This document shows, one piece after another, positions 18,608 through 26,844 of a stretch of DNA of 29,608 nt. Every line of letters begins with the position of its first letter. Position 1 is the stretch's first letter. The notes under the pieces are model-generated. The model saw nothing but the letters and a program-made list of their open reading frames with translations. It was not told the origin of the DNA and did no database searches. The position numbers and the translations under genes are program-made. The stretch lies in contig JBHLRS010000039.1 of the NCBI GenBank assembly GCA_048882325.1, positions 1 to 29,608 of the forward strand, in the 5' to 3' direction. The stretch comes from Candidatus Thorarchaeota archaeon. Lineage in GTDB: Archaea; Asgardarchaeota; Thorarchaeia; Thorarchaeales; Thorarchaeaceae.

Positions 18608-19419
18608 AGATCAGGGTTGCACTTATTGGAAATCCGAATGTGGGCAAGTCTGTAATCTTCAACAGCCTTACCGGATTGAAACAACATACTGGGAACTGGC
18701 CCGGAAAGACTGTTGAGAAGAAGATGGGATATTTCAATCATCACGGAATCGAATTTGAGGTGGTTGATCTCCCAGGCGTGTACAGTCTCAGCGCAGTTTC
18801 TGAAGACGAGAAGGTCGCCAGATCCTACATAGTTGACCATCGTCCAGATGTCGTTGTCGACATTGTTAATGCCTCACAGTTAGAGAGGAATCTCTACCTC
18901 ACATTACTGCTAATCGAACTTCAAGTCAATCTTGTTGTCGCCTTGAATATGTATGACATAGTCAAGGCAAGGGGGGACAGGATTGATGTAGATGGATTAT
19001 CGCAACGGTTGGGGGCACAGGTTGTGGCGACAACTGCAACGAAAAAAGAAGGGATTGAGGAACTCAAGGATGCAGTTTTGGCTGCTGTCCCTCAACACTA
19101 TTTCGATAATGTAGAGGAGAATGGTTCAATCCAATTGCACACTGCTGGTGATGTAGATGAAGGTGACCACTTACATTATCATCCCAAATTTCACCATCAC
19201 GGAGATTTCGAACGTCTGAAACCTCCAACAATAAAGTACAGCCCCAAAGTGGAAATGAAACTAAAAACGCTAGTAGAGATTCTCCAAGAAGAAAAGGATC
19301 TACTAGACAGATTTCCTCCGAGATGGCTAGCTCTTAAGGTCCTTGAGAGGGATCCAGAGATTCTTACTCTATTTGATGATTCGCCAATAAAAGATCGAGT
19401 GTTGGAGGTGACACTGTGA
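18604..19419 (+). CDS. feoB: FeoB N-terminal GTPase/GDI portion encoded as a separate gene
   Basis: G1 GNPNVGKS, GNWPGKTVE, G3 DLPG, ERNLYL, G4 NMYD, His-rich linker and helical PRWLALKVLERD. ATGA overlap with feoA. Confidence 0.92.
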   Translation: MKIRVALIGNPNVGKSVIFNSLTGLKQHTGNWPGKTVEKKMGYFNHHGIEFEVVDLPGVYSLSAVSEDEKVARSYIVDHRPDVVVDIVNASQLERNLYLTLLLIELQVNLVVALNMYDIVKARGDRIDVDGLSQRLGAQVVATTATKKEGIEELKDAVLAAVPQHYFDNVEENGSIQLHTAGDVDEGDHLHYHPKFHHHGDFERLKPPTIKYSPKVEMKLKTLVEILQEEKDLLDRFPPRWLALKVLERDPEILTLFDDSPIKDRVLEVTL

Positions 19420-20738
19420 CACCTCCCGATGACCCATCACTTGAGTTGGACCTGGTCGAGAAAGATGACCCAATTGACCCCCAGATACTTCTTGCTGATG
19501 AACGCTATGAAGTCATTGGCCAGATTCTCTGTGAAACCTATGAACCTGGACAGGGCAAATGGGTCCTAAGTGATATGCTGGACCGAGTTCTGCTTCATCG
19601 TTACCTAGGCCTACCGATTTTCATTGTCATTATGTGGGCGATGTTTCACTTTACCTTCGAGATATCTCTTGTATTCATGGAAATGATCACTCAATTCTTT
19701 GCATGGGTGGGTTCATACACAATCCAAATACCTAATCCGATCATTGCTTCGCTTCTGACTGATGGGATTATAGGTGGAGTCGGATTCATACTAACATTCG
19801 TTCCACCCATTTTCTTCCTATACTTGGTTATCTCTATACTCGAGGACACAGGTTATCTATCCAGAGCAGCTTTTGTGATGGACCGGTTCATGATGAAGAT
19901 GGGACTCCACGGAAGGTCATTCATTCCTCTGCTTCTTGGATTTGGTTGCAGTGTGGCTGCTGTGATGGCTTCCAGGACCGTTGATGGAGAATCAAATAGA
20001 CTCACAACCATTCTCGTTAGTCCGCTGATGTCGTGTGCAGGGCGTTTACCGATTTACATATTGATTGCAGGGGTGTTCTTCCCGACGATAGCAGGTACTG
20101 TGGTTTTTCTGATGTACATGCTTGGAATTGTAATGGCTATCATAGTTGCAATCATCTTCAAGAAGACCATCCTACGAGAGGAAACCTCTTCCATGCTTAT
20201 GGAGCTCTCGCAATATCAGATTCCAACAGCTCATGGCTCATTCAGACATATGTGGGACAGAGGTGTACTGTTTGTGAAGACCGCAGGAACCTATCTTCTA
20301 GCTGGAGGCATAATAATGTGGGTCTTGTCGGCGTTTGGTCCAACTGGATTAGGAGGCCCAGTGGATGAATCATTCGCTGCGATTCTCGGTAGGTTTGTGC
20401 AACCAATCTTTGGACCACTTGGATTTAGCTGGCAAGTTGTAATGGGATTAATATTTGGCTTTCTGGCTAAAGAGGCAGTCATCCAGTCACTAGCTGTCGT
20501 CTATGCAGTAGGAAATGTTAGTTTGGAATCTGCTCTTATTGCGAGTATTAGTCCACTGACGGCTGTGGCTTTGATGGTGTTTGTACTTCTTTACATTCCG
20601 TGTCTGGCAACAGTTGGAGCAATCAGGAAGGAAACAGGTTCTTGGAAATGGACTGCATTCTCAGTCATCTATCAGCTTGTCTTGGGGTACATCATAGCTT
20701 TACTTGTAGTCATAATAGGAGGTTTCTTCATTGTATAG
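19416..20738 (+). CDS. feoB: FeoB membrane portion encoded as a separate gene
   Basis: ADERYE, LDRVLLHRYLGLPIF, LEDTGYLSRAAFVMD, GFGC, PLMSCAGRLPIY, AKEAV, LYIPCLAT, IRKETGSWKW. Has its own GGAGGTGA SD at 19404-19411 and a GTGA overlap. Confidence 0.92.
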   Translation: MTPPDDPSLELDLVEKDDPIDPQILLADERYEVIGQILCETYEPGQGKWVLSDMLDRVLLHRYLGLPIFIVIMWAMFHFTFEISLVFMEMITQFFAWVGSYTIQIPNPIIASLLTDGIIGGVGFILTFVPPIFFLYLVISILEDTGYLSRAAFVMDRFMMKMGLHGRSFIPLLLGFGCSVAAVMASRTVDGESNRLTTILVSPLMSCAGRLPIYILIAGVFFPTIAGTVVFLMYMLGIVMAIIVAIIFKKTILREETSSMLMELSQYQIPTAHGSFRHMWDRGVLFVKTAGTYLLAGGIIMWVLSAFGPTGLGGPVDESFAAILGRFVQPIFGPLGFSWQVVMGLIFGFLAKEAVIQSLAVVYAVGNVSLESALIASISPLTAVALMVFVLLYIPCLATVGAIRKETGSWKWTAFSVIYQLVLGYIIALLVVIIGGFFIV

Positions 20739-21210
20739 AGAAGAACTAAGTCTTCCAGAGAACGGTAAATGGCCTTCAATATTGGCATTAATCATTGGAA
20801 TTGCGTACCTCTCCATAGGAATCGTACAAATCCTTTCCAGTCTGCAATTGATCACCCCAATTGTTGGATTCTCAGATCTCGTAGGGGGATTTCTGCTCAT
20901 CATCATCTCAGTAGTGTTTCTCACTGGCGTGAGACCACTTCATGAGAACAATCAAGAAGGATATGCATTCATTGCAGTTGGTTACATTCTTGCCGCACTT
21001 CTCTTTGGCTTACAGATTTTGGTTATCTTAACAAATGGATTAGGGTGGATCCTTCAGTTTCAAAATTGGATATCGTGGAACATCTGGAACGACATCACAC
21101 CATCTCTCTGGATGTTTATCATCTTGATGACAGGGACAGGCTCACTCTGGGTCATTGGGAATATGAGAGATAGAATCATGGGAGCTTCTAAAGGAGGCGC
21201 TAACTCTTGA
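20731..21210 (+). CDS. Uncharacterised 4-TM membrane protein in the feo operon
   Basis: Four hydrophobic segments; GGAGGT SD; overlaps the upstream and downstream operon genes. Confidence 0.75.
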   Translation: MYREELSLPENGKWPSILALIIGIAYLSIGIVQILSSLQLITPIVGFSDLVGGFLLIIISVVFLTGVRPLHENNQEGYAFIAVGYILAALLFGLQILVILTNGLGWILQFQNWISWNIWNDITPSLWMFIILMTGTGSLWVIGNMRDRIMGASKGGANS

Positions 21211-21491
21211 TAAAGAAGGTCTTGCAGCTGCTGATTAGCGAAGGGATGCTGGACAAGAACCAGATTGCACGCAGAGTAGGAATGCAAGTTGAAACCCTCG
21301 ATGATATCATTCGATTACTCATCGAGAGGGGATATCTGAGAGTGGAGATGAATGGATGCGATACAGAAACTTCCTGTTCTGGGTGTCATAGCGCCAAAGG
21401 CTCTGATATGATAACCAATACAGGTCAGGTTTACTATGTCACAGCTAAAGGCAGAGCCTATGCATCAATGAATGGAGGTAGTAACAAGTGA
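21207..21491 (+). CDS. feoC: FeoC-like winged-helix protein with Cys-rich wing
   Basis: wHTH QIARRVGMQVETLDDIIRLLIERGYLR, wing CDTETSCSGCH, then YYVTAKGR; position in the feo operon. Confidence 0.78.
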   Translation: MIKKVLQLLISEGMLDKNQIARRVGMQVETLDDIIRLLIERGYLRVEMNGCDTETSCSGCHSAKGSDMITNTGQVYYVTAKGRAYASMNGGSNK

Positions 21492-21889
21492 ACTCATCAG
21501 AATCAGAGAGTGTGGAACTCACAAAAGCACTTGAAATGTACGTGAAGGTTGCATATGAATTAGAAGAGGAAGTTGGGACTGCAACGGTCTCTGATATGGC
21601 TGAACGACTAGGGGTTAAAGCCCCAAGTGTGACAGCAGCTCTTCAGAAACTAGATAGCATAGGCATGGTGAAGTACCGACGCTACCAAAATGTAAAACTA
21701 ACAAAACTCGGGAAATCAGTAGCAAAGAAACTCCATAGTCGAAACAAGACACTGATGGATTTTCTCCTAATGATCGGAGTCGATGAGGAGACTGCAACAA
21801 CGGATGCTTGCGAGATTGAGCATGTCGTGAATCCTGTGACCATTGAGAGACTTGCATTGTATCTAAGGAAACTGGAATTGACAGAGTAA
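21488..21889 (+). CDS. DtxR/MntR-family metal-dependent transcriptional regulator (two-domain, no SH3-like domain)
   Basis: EMYVKVAYEL, ATVSDMAERLGVKAPSVTAALQKL, VKLTKLGK, DACEIEHV. Confidence 0.93.
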   Translation: MNSSESESVELTKALEMYVKVAYELEEEVGTATVSDMAERLGVKAPSVTAALQKLDSIGMVKYRRYQNVKLTKLGKSVAKKLHSRNKTLMDFLLMIGVDEETATTDACEIEHVVNPVTIERLALYLRKLELTE

Positions 21890-21890
21890 T

Positions 21891-23987
<2,097 letters not shown>

Positions 23988-24064
23988 CTATAAAGTGCAC
24001 AGTCAAACGTTAAATGCAAGTAAAGAGTATGTCAGTTCGCCACTTGTCGTAGGAGGCAACCTGT

Positions 24065-24664
24065 TTGAGCTCTCGACCTGAAGTGTATAGAATACTCGTT
24101 GCCGGAGATGAGGAGCTTGGGTACAGTCTCTGTGCTAAAGCTCTGAACAGGGACTTAGTTGATCCCAGAACGGTAGCAAAGGAGTCCCTTCAAGATGAAT
24201 GGCCAAAGGATGAATGGATCAAACACACTACTGTGTCTCATGAAGGCCTAATCGCAACACTCGAGCTAGATTTAGAGTTGCATGGGCCGTGGGTTTGGGA
24301 ACTCTATGAAACTCTGGAACCGAGAGATTACTTTCGAAGATTTGCAGGAGTTATGTTATGCGCTGATCCAACTCGTGAAACACTACCCTCAGAGCTGTCA
24401 AACTTGATGGAAACAGTCAGTCTTCATGTTGGAAAAGCATTACCAACAATAATAGTGGTAGACCGGTCTCGTAAGTTAGCAAAGGGACAGACAGATGCGC
24501 TACGAGGCATTGCTGAAACACTTTCAGTACCGATCTTTTTCATTCGCCTGAACACAGGAGAGAACATTGACAAGGCTATCAAGCATCTTGCCACTCGAAT
24601 TTTCGTTAATGAGCATTTTGTCCATAGTCTTGAAGATGACCAACAGATTTATGATTTGGATTGA
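24065..24664 (+). CDS. Degenerate Ras/Rab-like small GTPase-fold protein (candidate pseudo-GTPase)
   Basis: Small-GTPase scaffold: YRILVAGDEELGYS, DYFRRFAGVMLCADPT, PTIIVVDRS, IAETLSVPIFFIRLNTGENIDKAIKHLA. AGGAGG SD at 24051-24056. Confidence 0.7.
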   Translation: MSSRPEVYRILVAGDEELGYSLCAKALNRDLVDPRTVAKESLQDEWPKDEWIKHTTVSHEGLIATLELDLELHGPWVWELYETLEPRDYFRRFAGVMLCADPTRETLPSELSNLMETVSLHVGKALPTIIVVDRSRKLAKGQTDALRGIAETLSVPIFFIRLNTGENIDKAIKHLATRIFVNEHFVHSLEDDQQIYDLD

Positions 24665-24694
24665 ACATGGGTCCATCACTCACGGGGGTGGGTA

Positions 24695-25135
24695 ATGATG
24701 GTAGACCATAATGAGAGAATAACAGTCCAGCATGTCTCAGATCGTGCTGATGTACAAGAGAAGATGAAAGTCTGGTTGAGTCGAGCAGCCTACAACGGAT
24801 ACAAAGTGGAATCAAACAAAGAGAACTATGCGGTTGTAAAGAGGCAATCAAATCAGAAATTCCTAGGAGTTATTGTAGCTCCAATCATGGGGTTCTTCTA
24901 TGGATTGTTCATGTATGGGTCTTTTGGAGCAATAATATGGGCCCTCACCGGTTTAATATGCGGGTTCTGTGGAGTCCCACTTGTAAAGCCTACAACCATT
25001 TCGACTTCATGGAACAATGAATCGCCATTCTATGTAAATGTCGACGCAACTGCAAATTCCAAAGGTGATTTCAAGAACGTGATTGAGGACTTGAGGTATA
25101 TTCTGTCTACAGATCCAGGAACATCTCTTCAGTGA
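24695..25135 (+). CDS. Hypothetical membrane protein with a central 2-TM hairpin
   Basis: Hydrophobic Gly-rich hairpin FLGVIVAPIMGFFYGLFMYGSFGAIIWALTGLICGFCGVPLV flanked by soluble segments; starts 30 nt after the GTPase-like gene. Confidence 0.7.
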   Translation: MMVDHNERITVQHVSDRADVQEKMKVWLSRAAYNGYKVESNKENYAVVKRQSNQKFLGVIVAPIMGFFYGLFMYGSFGAIIWALTGLICGFCGVPLVKPTTISTSWNNESPFYVNVDATANSKGDFKNVIEDLRYILSTDPGTSLQ

Positions 25136-25209
25136 CACATACCTCAGTGACCTGCGAAAATGAGTAACTTAAATTGAATTGAGGTCATAGGAATCTTGGT
25201 GGTTGAGGT

Positions 25210-26457
25210 TTGAGATTAAAGGTAGTTATTGGGATAATAGCTATGTTAATGATACTCTCAATCCTCATTCCAGCTAGTAGAGCGGATACGGAAATAGTTC
25301 CAAAGGCGGAGGAAGAGGAACTCACACCTATACTATTTGCAACTGCCGCTCTTGAGCCGTGGTTCGAATCTTACACACCACACGACATGTGTGTGTCAAA
25401 TGATGGCACCATGTTCGCAGTAGGTTTCAATCCAATGTGGCAATTAATCAGGGGAGATACACCTACCTCCTTGGTCGCTTGGGGGAATGACGGTAATGTC
25501 TTATGGTCACGCAACTCCTCAGTATTTTCCATTTTGCTGTACGAGGTCGCCACTGATGACCAACATGTCTTTGTTGTAGGAAGATATAGTGGAGACATCT
25601 ATCTAGCGAAGTACGACTTCCTTGGCAATAATCTATGGAACATATCATGGGACCTTGGAAACTCAGAATATGGAACCAGACTGGCCCTTCTAGATGACGG
25701 GACAATCGTCATAGGTGGAAATTCCTTCAACTATTCAGAGCCCTACACTTCACAAGACTTCTTGATGGCATTTGATCAAGATGGAGGATTTCAATGGATT
25801 CACATGTTTCCTGAGCCGGTCTCCTTCTGTTGTCTCTCAAACTCCATCTATTCAGTCACAAATAACACATTGCAGAAGTGGACCAGCAACGGTGACCTTG
25901 CATGGTCAAGAACATGCGACGAAGGAAAATTGGTGTGCATCAGTGAGTACCTGATATATGTCTTAGATCCTCCAGATATCATAATCTATGGTTCTACATC
26001 CTTCAATGTAACAATGTGGAACATCCAAACCAATGAAAGAATCTGGTCACACTCCTACCGAATCTGTGATACATACCATAATGTGTACAATAGTTCAAGT
26101 TTTGATTACGCCGTCACAAAAAATGGATCATTGATGGTTCTCTTCAATGTGCTGGTACTTCATTCAATATACGTACTGAACATAGATCATGAAGGCACGT
26201 TAACTCATCAGGTGAAACTCCTGAACAGCACAAATGTTGCCGCTTGTTTTGACCTAGACGAAACCGATAGGATTCATATCGCAGGTTCGAGTAAGGAGTA
26301 TGACCTCTTTGTTGCCGTTTTCCGTTTAGAGAATTTACCTCCTTCACACTCAGACGGACTCCTTTCAAACATTCAGATTGTTGCGGTTGTGACTATAGCA
26401 GTGATTCTGGTTGACGCAGGGATTATCATCGCACTGAGAAGGAGATACAGCAGTTAA
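25210..26457 (+). CDS. Secreted beta-propeller protein with C-terminal TM anchor
   Basis: Signal peptide; repeated blades (GNVLWSR, LAKYDFLGNNLWNISW, FDQDGGFQW, WTSNGDLAWS); many NxS/T sequons; TM helix followed by RRRYSS. Confidence 0.8.
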   Translation: MRLKVVIGIIAMLMILSILIPASRADTEIVPKAEEEELTPILFATAALEPWFESYTPHDMCVSNDGTMFAVGFNPMWQLIRGDTPTSLVAWGNDGNVLWSRNSSVFSILLYEVATDDQHVFVVGRYSGDIYLAKYDFLGNNLWNISWDLGNSEYGTRLALLDDGTIVIGGNSFNYSEPYTSQDFLMAFDQDGGFQWIHMFPEPVSFCCLSNSIYSVTNNTLQKWTSNGDLAWSRTCDEGKLVCISEYLIYVLDPPDIIIYGSTSFNVTMWNIQTNERIWSHSYRICDTYHNVYNSSSFDYAVTKNGSLMVLFNVLVLHSIYVLNIDHEGTLTHQVKLLNSTNVAACFDLDETDRIHIAGSSKEYDLFVAVFRLENLPPSHSDGLLSNIQIVAVVTIAVILVDAGIIIALRRRYSS

Positions 26458-26844
26458 GATGAACCACTGTTGAAGAGAGTACTCGGAATAGAATAAACGA
26501 TTCAGTGGTTACGATTCTTTTCATGGTCAAAGAGTGTCCCTCCTGACTCAACAGTTCTCTGTAAGAGCTGCCTCAAGGAACTCTTCCTCGAAGTTCACTG
26601 ATTGCCAAACAGTAAGACTGATGTCGTAGAATCGAGCTCGCTTTCAATAAATCCGCCGCTTGACCTTTCGCAATGCTTCTTCCCCATTCATGTAGGTTTC
26701 TGTACGGTTATCTCATAGGAGACTCCTGAGCCCTGAGTCTTGTCAAGACTCCTTATACTCAAGAGTCCCTCTAAACTTAGTTCCAACCATTCATGACGCA
26801 TCAAGTCGAATGATGAATCATGAATGATTCACTCCTGAACCGTC

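Noticed and set aside
19381-19450. feoB as a frameshifted pseudogene or programmed frameshift
   Set aside because: There is no slippery homopolymer at the junction, and the second ORF has a perfect SD and the same 4-bp stop/start overlap as other operon junctions. An assembly error still needs excluding with reads.
21350-21400. CxxCH (CSGCH) as a c-type heme attachment site
   Set aside because: The protein has no signal peptide and is a cytoplasmic wHTH in a feo operon. The Cys residues fit a FeoC-type wing better.
26455-26691. Selenoprotein (TGA read-through, C-U motif) with a SECIS-like AUGA...AA...GA element
   Set aside because: There are several scattered TGAs with no selenoprotein-family resemblance, and the candidate stems do not place a GA opposite AUGA and are weak or AT-rich.
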